Both the position numbers and the translations under genes were made by a program. Below are positions 40,486 through 50,863 of a stretch of DNA of 64,000 bases, piece after piece (positions within the stretch are counted from its first letter, which is position 1; each line of letters starts with the position of its first letter). A model generated the notes under the pieces. The model saw only the letters and a program-made list of their open reading frames with translations. It was not told the DNA's origin and did no database searches. The stretch is from Candidatus Mailhella merdigallinarum (GTDB taxonomy: Bacteria > Desulfobacterota > Desulfovibrionia > Desulfovibrionales > Desulfovibrionaceae): positions 127,527-191,526 of the forward strand of contig DXAN01000023.1 in assembly GCA_019117045.1 (NCBI GenBank). The letters are read 5' to 3'.

Positions 40486-41568
40486 ATGAATCGCGCGGGA
40501 ATCATCGGCGAAAGTTCCACTCTGGCGGAAGTGTTCCGAGTGCTGGCTAAAGTGGCGCCCACCGACAGCACGGTGCTGGTCACGGGCGAATCGGGCACGG
40601 GCAAGGAACTTCTGGTACGCGCCCTGCATGCCATGAGTGCGCGCAGCGACAAGCCGTTTGTCCCTATCAACTGCGGGGCCATTCCGCGTGAGCTGCTGGA
40701 GTCGGAACTGTTCGGCCACGAAAAAGGCGCGTTCACCCATGCTATTCGGACCAAACCAGGCCGCTTCGAACTGGCCGACGGCGGCACCGTGTTTCTGGAT
40801 GAAATCGGCGAGATGGACATCAGCCTGCAGGTCAAAATTTTGCGCGTCCTGCAGGAAAAAGAAATCGAGCGCGTGGGCGGCAGCGGCCCGCGCAAGGTGG
40901 ATGTGCGCATCATCGCCGCCACCAATCGTGATCTGGAACGCGAAGTGGCCCTCGGACGTTTTCGGGAAGATCTTTATTATCGCTTGAACGTCATTCCTCT
41001 GCAACTGCCTCCTCTGCGTGAACGGGGCAAGGACATTCTGCTTCTGGCCCGGCATTTTCTCCAGCACTTTTGCGAACGCCGCAACCGCCCCCCTCTGACT
41101 CTGGCGCCCGAGGCCGCGCGCGTGCTTTTGGGATATTCCTGGCCGGGCAACGTGCGTGAATTGGAAAATTTCATGGAGCGCCTGAGCATCCTGGTGGACG
41201 GCGAGGTTGTCGTCCGCGAAGATTTGCCCGCAAAAATTCTGGATGCAGTCGCGGAGTTGGCCACGTTGCCGGACCTGCCCGATCTCGACGCGGCGGAGTC
41301 GGCAGCCTTGTCCGCGCCCATGCCGGAAGTCTCTTCCCCGAATCGTTCCGTCGCCGCCGATGCCGTATTCAGTTGGCCCACGCTGGAGGATCTGAAACGT
41401 TACGACATGGGGTTGCGGGAATTTCTGGAATCCATGGAGGATCGCTTGCTGGATGAAGCTTTGACTTTGGCGGGAGGCGTCAAAAATCAGGCGGCGGAAA
41501 TGCTGGGTATCAAACGGACCACGCTGATAGAAAAGTTGAAAAAACGCGACGGCAGGGGCGACGGCTGA
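40486..41568 (+). CDS. sigma-54-dependent transcriptional activator without receiver domain (AAA+ and Fis-type HTH)
   Basis: Walker A GESGTGKE, the GAFTHA variant of GAFTGA, and a C-terminal HTH (AAEMLGIKRTTLIEKLKK). Divergent from the ABC transporter operon. Confidence 0.8.
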   Translation: MNRAGIIGESSTLAEVFRVLAKVAPTDSTVLVTGESGTGKELLVRALHAMSARSDKPFVPINCGAIPRELLESELFGHEKGAFTHAIRTKPGRFELADGGTVFLDEIGEMDISLQVKILRVLQEKEIERVGGSGPRKVDVRIIAATNRDLEREVALGRFREDLYYRLNVIPLQLPPLRERGKDILLLARHFLQHFCERRNRPPLTLAPEAARVLLGYSWPGNVRELENFMERLSILVDGEVVVREDLPAKILDAVAELATLPDLPDLDAAESAALSAPMPEVSSPNRSVAADAVFSWPTLEDLKRYDMGLREFLESMEDRLLDEALTLAGGVKNQAAEMLGIKRTTLIEKLKKRDGRGDG

Positions 41569-41699
41569 ATTTCGACGGCACCTTTTGCCCTATTGCGCCT
41601 ATCGGTATACCCCGTCGTATGTGTTCCCGGGCATATCCACGTTTATAGCACGTTTTTTGCATAATTTTCTTCGTCTTTCACTCTCCCTCAGGATACATT

Positions 41700-44600
41700 G
41701 TGAAATACGCTGTCCCGTCCCTTCTCCTCTGCCTCCCGCTCGCGGCGCTTCCACTCGGCGAGGCCGACGCCGCCGCCTGGCGCTGGTCGCAGACCTCGGG
41801 CCGGGAACAGATTACCATCGTGCCGGACGTTCCCCCTACCCGCGCCGACACCCGACGCACAGGCGAGCAAACGTTGACGCTCACCCTGACGCCGCCGCCG
41901 CAACATCTGGAATTGCAAGGCGCGGGCCCGGGGGCGCAAGCCCTGTTCAGCGGACTGAGCCTGGACAACGGCGAACTTCGCCTGAGCACCAGCAGCGCGG
42001 CCTTTGGCTTTATCGCCGCTCCGCCCACAGCCGAGGGCGTGGTCATTGTCCTCTATCCCGACCCTCTGGGGTTGCGCTGGCGCCCCGGTGGAGAACTTGC
42101 TCCCATGCCTCCTGTCGCGGCATCCTCCCCCTCCGCCGGGGATGCGCCTTCTTCCTCCGTTCCGCAGATTTCCGGGCCTTCGAGCCCTCCAAGCGCGACG
42201 GCAGCCTCGTCGGCGTCTTCTTCCGCGCCGGCCCCGTCGGAAGCGCCGTCTTCCGCCGCTCCCTCCAACCCTTCGGGTACCGAACGGCCTTCATCCACCG
42301 TTCCGGACACGGCTTCGCCTGTCGCCGCCACGGCGACCGAAGCTCCGGAAACCATATCCCCTCCTTCCGTCTCCGAGCCCCAGACCGCGGCTTTACCTTC
42401 TGTCCCCCCGGTCACGGCGCAAGAAGCGCCGTCCGCGCCGCACACGCCATCCACTTCCGACTTGCCGGAGCATGTTGTTTCCTCCCCCGAGCCGTCGAAC
42501 GCGGTTTCCGCCGGTTCCCCGGAAAAAGCGATTGCTCAAAGAGATGCTGATCCGGAAGCCCCTGTTGCCGAACCTGCGCAGGAGGCAAGCGTTTCCGAGC
42601 TTGAGGCGCCGCATTCCCAAGCACTGTCTCCGGCGCCGGAGAATGCTTCCCCCGCCTCGCTTTCTCCTGCCTCCTCCGTTCCGGCGGCTGTTTCGTCCGC
42701 ACCTGCCGCCATTCCCACCGTACGCGGCCGCCTGAACCGCGGCGGCCCCGAAACCTGGCCCGAAGACCAGGCTCTGTCCAGCGTTCCGACACCTTCCACT
42801 CCGACGGAGCCTTTTTCCGAGGCGTCCCCCCCTCCCGTTCCGCCGAGCGTTTCATCCGGGTCCCAACAGATCCTATCCACGTCGGTTTCCGACTCCCCCG
42901 CAACGGGAGACCCCGTCGCGGAGGGGAAAACTCCGACCGTTCCCCCTTCCGCGTCCCCCGAGGCGGAAATATCCGTCGTGGAAACTTCGGCTCCCACGGA
43001 GCAGGTCCCTTCGCAAACCGGTAAACTGGCCACGCAGCTTTCGGAATACCAGGAGGAAGCCCCCGCCGGAACAAACGGCGAAACCGAGCGGAAGACGCCG
43101 GAACAGGAACAGGCGGCGGAAACGCTCCCCATTTATGTGGATGAAGAGGGCAACCCCGTCCCCCCGCCGCCGGATGTCCCCGCTCTGCAGGCCGCCATGC
43201 GCGACGCCATGAAGGACGGCCGTTATCAGGACGTTTTGCCGTCCGTTCAGACTCTGCGTCAGGTGGAACTGAACCGTGAGGATAGGGAAGAAATGCTGTA
43301 CAACGCCATGACGGCCCTGTACGAGACCACTCGTCCCAACTTTACGGCGTATACTCAGGATCTCATCAATGCCGCCAATGAAGCCATGAATTTCAATCTT
43401 GAATCACCCCGCGTGCCCGACGCTCTGGCCGTGTTGGCGACGGTCAACCTGGCGCTGGGCAACGTGGAGGACGCCCGGGGCTATGTGCAGCTTATGCGCC
43501 GCAAATATCCCGCCAACGTGCAGGTGCCCGCCTCGCTGCTTGAATTGGGCGCCAAGCAGATGGAGCGCCAAGAATACGCCGAGGCAACTCTTACCTTTCA
43601 AACCATTCTTCAGGATTATCCCGACAGCCCCCTGGCCAAGGATGCGGCACGACTGGAAACATACGCCCTTTACCGTCAGGGCCATACGGATCGGGCTCTG
43701 ACCCTGGTCGACTTCGTAGAACGTCGCTGGCCGCGCCTTTATCTGGAAGACCCGGACTATCTTGCCGTTTCCGCCGATATACGTTTCAGGCAGGGACATC
43801 TGGAAGACGCGTTGCGCACTTACTGGACCCAGTACAACCTGAATCCCGCCGCTCCGGAATCCGCCTCGACGCTGTACCATATCGCCGAAGTCTATTATCT
43901 GCTCCACAATCCCGATGCGGCGGCCAAGGTGTTGGACGAATTGGTGCGGGCTTTTCCTCTCAGTGCCGAGGCTCCCGCCGCTCTGTTGCGTCTGGGGGAA
44001 AACGGCATTCACAAGGGCAACCCCACAGTGGACGAACTGTTCGCCGTGTATGAAGCTCCCAATCCTCGTCTGCCGGGGCTGTATTATCAACGTATCATCA
44101 AAGAATACCCGCAGTCGCCCGAATTCATGACCGCTCAACTGCGCACCACCGTATGGCAATTATGGAACAAGGAATACTATCCGGCCATGACGGCGGCCCG
44201 CAGCTTTCTTATCGACTACGCCGACAAGCCTGAATCGCTCCGGGCCCGCACCGTGCTGCTGCGCGGTTTTGCCCATGAACTGGCTCTTTCCCTGGAGGAA
44301 GAAAACTACGAGCGCGTGCTCCGGCTCTGGGACGATTTCCCCCAGGTTCACGACGAGTATCTGCCGCTGGAACCGGACATGCGTATGGCCCTGGCCCGCG
44401 CCCACCTGAACCGAGGCAACGAACAGGAAGGTCTGGAACTTCTGAGCGCCTTCCTTGATGGACCGGGCGATACGGACGCCGCCCTCTATACCTATAACCT
44501 GTTTCTGGCCACCTATTTGCGCCAACAAAACTGGGACGCCATTCTTACCCTGGGCGAAAAGGTGGCTGCCTGGCCTCTGCCGGAGGAGGCACGCAACCAG

Positions 44601-45143
44601 CTTGATTACGCCCTGGCGCTTTCCGCCGAAAATCTGGGCCTTCAGGGACGAGCGCTGCCGCTGTGGCGCAAATTGGCCGACCGCACGGATATTCCCCTCT
44701 ATCAGCGAGCCTACGCCACGTACTTTCTGGCCCGTGACGCCGAAAACCGCCAGGATTTGCGCGATGCCTATCAATACAACCTTGACACGCTGGGCATGTT
44801 CACTCAATTACAGGACGAACAATCGCCCTATGCCGATCAGGAACGCATACGCGAATCCATTGCCGCCCTCATGGACGTGACGGAAATCGCCGGACGTTAC
44901 GCCGAAGCCTTGGAGTGGGCCAATCGCTACGCGCTGTTTGTCCCTGAAAATTCACCCGATTACGCGGGACTGCAATTCCGCGAGGCGGGGTTGCACCGCA
45001 AAATGGGCGACATGGCCCGCTGGCGAGCCTTGCTCCAAGGCATTGTGGATCGGGAGCCCGATTCGGTATTCGGCAAGATGGCGGCTTCGGAATTGCGCAC
45101 CCAGGACGTGGCGCGCGATCTCACCCGCTTTACGGGGAATTAA
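41700..45143 (+). CDS. large secreted TPR-repeat protein with a roughly 400-aa Pro/Ser/Ala/Thr-rich low-complexity linker
   Basis: Signal peptide (VKYAVPSLLLCLPLAALPLGEADA), an N-terminal beta-rich domain, a long P/S/A/T linker, then a C-terminal run of TPR-like repeats of about 650 aa. GTG start. Confidence 0.7.
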   Translation: MKYAVPSLLLCLPLAALPLGEADAAAWRWSQTSGREQITIVPDVPPTRADTRRTGEQTLTLTLTPPPQHLELQGAGPGAQALFSGLSLDNGELRLSTSSAAFGFIAAPPTAEGVVIVLYPDPLGLRWRPGGELAPMPPVAASSPSAGDAPSSSVPQISGPSSPPSATAASSASSSAPAPSEAPSSAAPSNPSGTERPSSTVPDTASPVAATATEAPETISPPSVSEPQTAALPSVPPVTAQEAPSAPHTPSTSDLPEHVVSSPEPSNAVSAGSPEKAIAQRDADPEAPVAEPAQEASVSELEAPHSQALSPAPENASPASLSPASSVPAAVSSAPAAIPTVRGRLNRGGPETWPEDQALSSVPTPSTPTEPFSEASPPPVPPSVSSGSQQILSTSVSDSPATGDPVAEGKTPTVPPSASPEAEISVVETSAPTEQVPSQTGKLATQLSEYQEEAPAGTNGETERKTPEQEQAAETLPIYVDEEGNPVPPPPDVPALQAAMRDAMKDGRYQDVLPSVQTLRQVELNREDREEMLYNAMTALYETTRPNFTAYTQDLINAANEAMNFNLESPRVPDALAVLATVNLALGNVEDARGYVQLMRRKYPANVQVPASLLELGAKQMERQEYAEATLTFQTILQDYPDSPLAKDAARLETYALYRQGHTDRALTLVDFVERRWPRLYLEDPDYLAVSADIRFRQGHLEDALRTYWTQYNLNPAAPESASTLYHIAEVYYLLHNPDAAAKVLDELVRAFPLSAEAPAALLRLGENGIHKGNPTVDELFAVYEAPNPRLPGLYYQRIIKEYPQSPEFMTAQLRTTVWQLWNKEYYPAMTAARSFLIDYADKPESLRARTVLLRGFAHELALSLEEENYERVLRLWDDFPQVHDEYLPLEPDMRMALARAHLNRGNEQEGLELLSAFLDGPGDTDAALYTYNLFLATYLRQQNWDAILTLGEKVAAWPLPEEARNQLDYALALSAENLGLQGRALPLWRKLADRTDIPLYQRAYATYFLARDAENRQDLRDAYQYNLDTLGMFTQLQDEQSPYADQERIRESIAALMDVTEIAGRYAEALEWANRYALFVPENSPDYAGLQFREAGLHRKMGDMARWRALLQGIVDREPDSVFGKMAASELRTQDVARDLTRFTGN

Positions 45144-45343
45144 CGCCGGATGGCGTTTGCGATACCGAAAGCGATACGCGCAGGCTTCGGGTGTGCTCTG
45201 TCTTGCACCGCGCCTTGCGCCATGCCTCCTTTCAGCCGACGGCATGACGGCGCGGCAAGCTGAGATGGGAACCGAGGGGCGGCCGGATTTGGTCCGCCGG
45301 GTATGCTTATAAACGACGAACGGAAGAAGGTCGGTCAACAATC

Positions 45344-45955
45344 ATGGATTTGCGCGGCATCATCGTCGGCCTTGGCAACCCCGGCTCTCAATATGAGGGA
45401 ACCCGCCACAACATGGGGTTCGCCGTGGCGCGTTCACTTCTCGAACGTCTGCCCAGGCTTCCCGGCTCCCCCCCCGAGGAATTGTCCGGAGGACGTTTTC
45501 AAAGTCTGCTCTGGCGCTGCCGCATTCCGGGCAGCGACGCCCCTTGGCTGGTAGCCATGCCGCAAACATTCATGAATCTTAGCGGCGAAGCAGTGCAACC
45601 TCTTATGGCCTGGTACAAACTGAACCCCGCGCAACTTCTGGTGGTGCACGACGAACTCGATCTCGCTCCCGGCCGCCTGAAGCTGAAGTGGGGCGGCGGC
45701 ACGGCCGGGCACAACGGCCTCAAATCCATTGCCGGCCGATTGGGAACTCAGGACTTCCACCGTTTGCGCGTGGGAGTGGGACGACCGCCGGATGCGGCCA
45801 ATGTGGTATCTTGGGTATTGGGCCGCTTCAACGCCGAGGAAAAACCGTCCATCGAAGCCGCGCTCCCCAAAGCGGTGGACGCCGTTTTGCATTTCGCCGT
45901 CGACGGCCCCGAGCGGGCCGCCAACGCCGTCAATACCCGTCGGAAAAGCGGTTAG
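45344..45955 (+). CDS. pth: peptidyl-tRNA hydrolase
   Basis: MDLRGIIVGLGNPGSQYEGTRHNMGF is the Pth signature. Confidence 0.9.
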   Translation: MDLRGIIVGLGNPGSQYEGTRHNMGFAVARSLLERLPRLPGSPPEELSGGRFQSLLWRCRIPGSDAPWLVAMPQTFMNLSGEAVQPLMAWYKLNPAQLLVVHDELDLAPGRLKLKWGGGTAGHNGLKSIAGRLGTQDFHRLRVGVGRPPDAANVVSWVLGRFNAEEKPSIEAALPKAVDAVLHFAVDGPERAANAVNTRRKSG

Positions 45956-46200
45956 AGCTTTTTTCAACATAAAAATGCTCTCATTCGTTCCAAAGATCCC
46001 GATTGCCCCCGCAAGGCTCTTGCCAAGCGAAACAAACTGGGCTACAGAAGCTGTTGTCCATTCTGGAAACAAAAATCCCTTGTTCTCTCGTGTTTTTCAC
46101 CCACTTTTCCCGCTTCGGAAAAAGTGGGTGTGTCGTCGCAGTCTTCCGGGCTGTTTGACGCCTCCTTTTCGTTATTAATCCTTACTAGTTTCCAACACCG

Positions 46201-47523
46201 GTGGTATCTATGCCCTTGCGGAAAAGAAAGGCGCCCGTTGCGCCCGCGCCCGAAACGTCCCCCGAAAGCGTTCTCAGTCTCACCGATCTGAAGACCCGCA
46301 GCATGCAGGATCTTATGGACCTGGCCGACCAGTATCAGGTTGAAAACGCCAGTTCCCTGCGCAAGCAGGAGCTTATCTTCGCCCTGCTTCAGGCCTGCGC
46401 CTCCCAGAACGGCGCCATCCAGAGCGATGGAGTGTTGGAAATTCTTCCCGACGGTTACGGTTTTTTGCGCTCGCCCCTATGCAGCTATATGCCGGGGCCG
46501 GACGACGTGTACGTTTCGCCTTCGCAAATCCGGCGTTACCACCTGCGTAAAGGGGACAGCGTCACCGGTCAGATCCGTCCCCCCAAGGAGGGGGAACGCT
46601 ACTTCGCTCTGGTCAAGGTCAACGAAATCGGCTTCGAGCCCCCGGAAAACGCCCGCCATCTGGTGCTGTTCGACAATCTGACGCCCATCTACCCCGATCA
46701 GCAGATGTGCATGGAAACGGACGGCAAAAATATGGCCTCGCGCGTCATTGACCTCATGGCGCCCATCGGCCGCGGACAACGCGGCCTTATCGTGGCTCCT
46801 CCGCGTACCGGCAAAACCGTGTTGCTGCAAACCATCGCCAACTCCATCAACGCCAATTATCCCGAAGTATATCTCATTGTACTGCTTATCGACGAGCGCC
46901 CTGAAGAAGTGACGGACATGGAGCGCACGGTCAAAAATGCCGAAGTCATCAGCTCCACTTTCGACGAACCGCCGCAGCGCCACGTCCAGGTGTGCGAAAT
47001 GGTTTTGGAAAAAGCCAAGCGCCTGGTGGAGCGCAAACGCGATGTGGTCATCCTGCTCGACTCCATCACCCGTCTGGGTCGAGCCTACAACGCCGTGACC
47101 CCCTCGTCGGGCCGGGTACTCTCCGGCGGACTTGACGCCAACGCCCTGCAGCGGCCCAAGCGCTTTTTCGGTGCGGCCCGCAATATTGAGGGCGGCGGCA
47201 GCCTGACCATCATCGCCACGGCTCTCATCGATACCGGTTCCCGCATGGATGAAGTTATCTTTGAAGAGTTCAAGGGCACCGGCAACATGGAAATCTATCT
47301 GGATCGCCACCTGTCCGAAAAACGCGTGTTTCCGGCCATCGACATCAACAAGACGGGCACACGCAAGGAAGATCTGCTGTTGTCCGAGGACGTGCTCAAC
47401 CGAGTGTGGATCCTGCGCAAAATCCTCGCGCCCATGTCGTCCATCGACAGCATGGAATTTTTGCTGGACAAAATGCGAGGCACCAAAAGCAACAAGGACT
47501 TCCTCAGCGGTATGAGCAAATAG
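46201..47523 (+). CDS. rho: transcription termination factor Rho
   Basis: Near-identical blocks to E. coli Rho ([69 protein letters not shown]). A long 5' leader (45956-46200) is present. Confidence 0.9.
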   Translation: MVSMPLRKRKAPVAPAPETSPESVLSLTDLKTRSMQDLMDLADQYQVENASSLRKQELIFALLQACASQNGAIQSDGVLEILPDGYGFLRSPLCSYMPGPDDVYVSPSQIRRYHLRKGDSVTGQIRPPKEGERYFALVKVNEIGFEPPENARHLVLFDNLTPIYPDQQMCMETDGKNMASRVIDLMAPIGRGQRGLIVAPPRTGKTVLLQTIANSINANYPEVYLIVLLIDERPEEVTDMERTVKNAEVISSTFDEPPQRHVQVCEMVLEKAKRLVERKRDVVILLDSITRLGRAYNAVTPSSGRVLSGGLDANALQRPKRFFGAARNIEGGGSLTIIATALIDTGSRMDEVIFEEFKGTGNMEIYLDRHLSEKRVFPAIDINKTGTRKEDLLLSEDVLNRVWILRKILAPMSSIDSMEFLLDKMRGTKSNKDFLSGMSK

Positions 47524-47527
47524 AGCC

Positions 47528-48520
47528 ATGCGCCTTTCCCGTCCGCACTTCGCGTTGCCCGCCTCGCGTCGGGGGTGGCTGACCTTCGGCCTCATTGCCG
47601 GGGGGCTGGCGCTTATTTTGGCCTGCGGAGGGTATGCCCGGCTCCGGCACGGAGCGTATGCGGCGTCCCCTAATGCGGCTGTGGATCGGCTGAATCGAGC
47701 GATTGCCAAGCAAGACCCCGCTCTATTCGCCGAAACGGTCGATATCGGGGCACTGGCCGACAATTTCGCCCGAGCCGTCGCTTCCGGCATACCGAAAACG
47801 GATGAAACTCAGGTGGCGGAGCTTGTGCAGTTGACCATACTGGCCATACTGCGGGACGAAGAAGCTCCCCGGCCCGTGCGCGAGGCGACCGTTTCCATCC
47901 TACCCGACGACCCGCGCGATCAATTGGTCCAAATTCCTTTTGAACTGGAGAACGGCCCGGAGCCGGCAGTCTCTTCCAGCATACGGCATCCGGATCTGGG
48001 AGAGTTGCCCATTCGCTTGGGTTTGATCCGAGAAGGAGACCTCTGGCGGGTGGACCAGGTGCTCAACGCGCCGGAACTGGTGTACCGTTACGGCGCTCAC
48101 GTGCAGGAACTTCAACGCCGACAGCGCGAAGCCGAACTTCGTCGGAACGAGGCAAATAAAGCGGCTTTAGCCCGACTTTTCCCCAATCCGGTGTGTTCCG
48201 GCGGAGTGACGCGTATCTCAGGCAATGTGCCCCTGCTCAGTCTATCCATGAGTTCAGGGCCCACCCCGGGGCCGGAAACCGTGGAGGCCTGGGGCGCCAC
48301 CATGACGCTGAGCAGCGCCGACGGCAGCATTGTGGCCCGCCCCCGTGTCGCGCTGACCAGCAAAATCCAACCAGGCTCCGGCGCCGCGGGGGCCTGGTCC
48401 CGGGATATTGACGAGGTTCAATATCGTCGCCTGGACCAGGCAGGTCCCTTGTCCTGTTCCGTGACGATCGACTACGCTATTCTGACCAACGGCAAAATCT
48501 ACAACGTGGCCCCCGAATAA
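47528..48520 (+). CDS. hypothetical membrane-anchored protein
   Basis: 330-aa ORF with an N-terminal TM helix, abutting rho; no family recognised. Confidence 0.45.
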   Translation: MRLSRPHFALPASRRGWLTFGLIAGGLALILACGGYARLRHGAYAASPNAAVDRLNRAIAKQDPALFAETVDIGALADNFARAVASGIPKTDETQVAELVQLTILAILRDEEAPRPVREATVSILPDDPRDQLVQIPFELENGPEPAVSSSIRHPDLGELPIRLGLIREGDLWRVDQVLNAPELVYRYGAHVQELQRRQREAELRRNEANKAALARLFPNPVCSGGVTRISGNVPLLSLSMSSGPTPGPETVEAWGATMTLSSADGSIVARPRVALTSKIQPGSGAAGAWSRDIDEVQYRRLDQAGPLSCSVTIDYAILTNGKIYNVAPE

Positions 48521-48633
48521 TAAAAGGCGCTCCGCTGCCCGCCCCCGGGAACGGTAAGAAAGGTATTCCCTTCCGCCCGGCGCTGTGGCACACTTGGTTC
48601 TTCAACCAGCAGCCCCTATTCGAGGTAAATTTC

Positions 48634-49374
48634 ATGTCACGTAGCCGCTCCATTCATCTGACGCTGCATATCCACAAAGATCCCGCCGCCATGGCCGAAC
48701 GGGCGGCGCATCATCTGGCCGAGTGCTGCGAGGAGGCCATCGCCCAGCGGGGCGTATTCACCCTCGCCCTGTCCGGAGGCTCGACTCCTCTCCCCTTGTT
48801 CCGCCTGCTGTCCAGCCCGGACTGGGCGGAACGTCTGCCCTGGGAAAAAATTATCGTTTACTGGGGAGACGAGCGCTGCGTGGGCCCCGACGATCCTGCC
48901 AGCAACTACGGCGTAGCCCGGCGCGAATTGCTTTCCCATGTGCCCGTCACCTGGTACTACCGCATGAAAGGCGAGGATGATCCCGTCAAAGCGGCGCAAG
49001 CATACGAAGACCTTCTTAAAGAACATTTCCGCCTGGCTCCGGGCGAATTTCCCCGTTTCGACTGCATCCTGCTGGGCTTGGGTGAAGACGGTCACACCGC
49101 ATCGCTCTTTCCGGGGGAACACGGCATCGAAGAAAAAGAACGTATTGTCATCGATCAGTACGTGCGCAGCAGGGGGGCGGATCGTCTGACCCTGACTCTG
49201 CCTGTGCTCAACAACGCCCGCTGCTGCATGTTCATGGTCACCGGCAAGGAAAAGCATCAGGTGCTCAGTCGGGCGCTCAACCTGCTGGCCGAACCTGAAC
49301 TTCCCGCCCAGTTCGTACGCCCGCGTCTGGGCGAACTCTTGTGGATCGTGGATGAGGGTGCGGCGCGGGGTTGA
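48634..49374 (+). CDS. pgl: 6-phosphogluconolactonase
   Basis: FTLALSGGSTP, GDERCV and LLGLGEDGHTASLFPGE motifs of the Pgl/NagB fold. Confidence 0.8.
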   Translation: MSRSRSIHLTLHIHKDPAAMAERAAHHLAECCEEAIAQRGVFTLALSGGSTPLPLFRLLSSPDWAERLPWEKIIVYWGDERCVGPDDPASNYGVARRELLSHVPVTWYYRMKGEDDPVKAAQAYEDLLKEHFRLAPGEFPRFDCILLGLGEDGHTASLFPGEHGIEEKERIVIDQYVRSRGADRLTLTLPVLNNARCCMFMVTGKEKHQVLSRALNLLAEPELPAQFVRPRLGELLWIVDEGAARG

Positions 49375-49449
49375 TATATGCCCCGACCGGACCGTTACAG
49401 GCGTGCATCCACCCCATATACGAATGGCGGGCGGAGCAAAGGAAAAAGC

Positions 49450-50028
49450 ATGAGTAAGCTGGAAAATATTCTTTCCTTTGTGAGGCTCGCGGGGCGTCTG
49501 AAAGACACCCCGCGTTCCGCATATACGGCGCTCGGCAAGCAGGAAAGCACGGCCGAACATAGTTGGCGCCTGGCCCTCTTGGCCATGACGCTCAAGCCGA
49601 AGTACCCCAACCTTGATTTCGGCCGAGTGCTGGAACTGTGTATCGTGCATGACCTGGGCGAGGCTCTGCACGGTGATATCCCCGCCGTGGATCAGGACCC
49701 GACGCGCCCCAAATCAACGGCGGAACGCGACGACTTGATAACCATGCTTGCCTCCCTGGCCGAAGCGGACCGCCTCCGCTTTCTCGACGCGTGGGAAGAC
49801 TACGAAAACGGCGGCAGTCCGGAATCCCGCCTGGTCAAAGCCTTGGATAAACTGGAAACCATTTTCCAGCACAACGAGGGATGCAATCCGCCCGACTTCG
49901 ACTATGCCTTCAATCTGGATTATGGCCGGAAGCAGACGGATTTCGACGATGTAACCCGCACCCTGCGCGAGCTGGCGGATGCCGAAACGCGCCGTCGTAT
50001 CAAAGGCCTTCCTCCGATCCAGGCCTGA
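49450..50028 (+). CDS. HD-domain metal-dependent phosphohydrolase (YfbR-like)
   Basis: H...HD motif (AEHSWRLALLA...IVHDLGEALHGD). Start ATG 49450. Confidence 0.7.
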   Translation: MSKLENILSFVRLAGRLKDTPRSAYTALGKQESTAEHSWRLALLAMTLKPKYPNLDFGRVLELCIVHDLGEALHGDIPAVDQDPTRPKSTAERDDLITMLASLAEADRLRFLDAWEDYENGGSPESRLVKALDKLETIFQHNEGCNPPDFDYAFNLDYGRKQTDFDDVTRTLRELADAETRRRIKGLPPIQA

Positions 50029-50039
50029 ACGGCCCCGCC

Positions 50040-50708
50040 CTATTCGATGAATATCGCCCCACCGTCCGTGGCCTGAGTAAGAGCCTCCCGACAAGCATCC
50101 AATCTATCGGCGGGGAGTTCCAGTTCAAACACTGCATTTTCCCCAAAATCCTCACGTACCGCCGCGGCCTGAAACTCCGGCAACAGACGATAAAGCCGGT
50201 TTACCCGTTCATAACCCACGCATACCGTCAAACGGGCGGGGACCGTCTTTTCAATGACGGGCAGACCTTCCAAAGCCAGACTGACTCCCCCCCTGTATGC
50301 GCGGGTCAGCCCACCGGTGCCGAGCTTGATCCCACCGAAATACCGGGTGGTCACCGCCACCAATTCGCCCACCCCTCCGCGCAGGATCTGATCCAGCATA
50401 GGGCGACCTGCCGTGCCGTGGGGCTCGCCGTCGTCGCTTTGACCGATGTCGGCGGTATCGCCGGGACGGCCCGTCGCATAAGCCCAACAATTGTGGGTAG
50501 CATCAGGAAATTCGCGTCGAACCGCTTCGATGAAGCGTCGAGCCGCCGCCCTATCCGGAGCGCGCCCCAACGTGGTGATAAAACGACTGCGTTTAATGTC
50601 CTCCTCCACTCGATGGCGTAGGGTCTCGGGCAGAACACCGCAGAACGTCTCACCAATAATAGGCAGATGCGGAACTGGATAGCGATTGAACATATGTTTT
50701 TTTAGCAT
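50040..50708 (-). CDS. IMPACT/YigZ-family protein
   Basis: IKRSRFITTL...NCWAY...SDDGEPHGTAG...TRYFGGIKLGTGGL aligns with E. coli YigZ. The start is uncertain between 50708 and 50693. Confidence 0.7.
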   Translation of the reverse strand: MLKKHMFNRYPVPHLPIIGETFCGVLPETLRHRVEEDIKRSRFITTLGRAPDRAAARRFIEAVRREFPDATHNCWAYATGRPGDTADIGQSDDGEPHGTAGRPMLDQILRGGVGELVAVTTRYFGGIKLGTGGLTRAYRGGVSLALEGLPVIEKTVPARLTVCVGYERVNRLYRLLPEFQAAAVREDFGENAVFELELPADRLDACREALTQATDGGAIFIE

Positions 50709-50863
50709 GAAGCATATCCATCGCAACCCTTGAAAAATAGTCAATAATTCACATAAGATAAAATTTTCAAAAAAATGCTTTACAAACGGTTGATCTTTTC
50801 ATAAATAGGAACCGTTCCTGTTATTTGACTCCATCACCTATTACATCCACATAAGGAGACCGT

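Noticed and set aside
42004-43132. Several 200-aa-class ORFs in alternative frames inside the TPR protein gene
   Set aside because: They result from the Pro/Ser/Ala-rich low-complexity region (GC-rich codon repeats); the translations are poly-Pro/Arg.
48637-49671. 344-aa minus-strand ORF
   Set aside because: It is antisense to pgl and the HD hydrolase gene.
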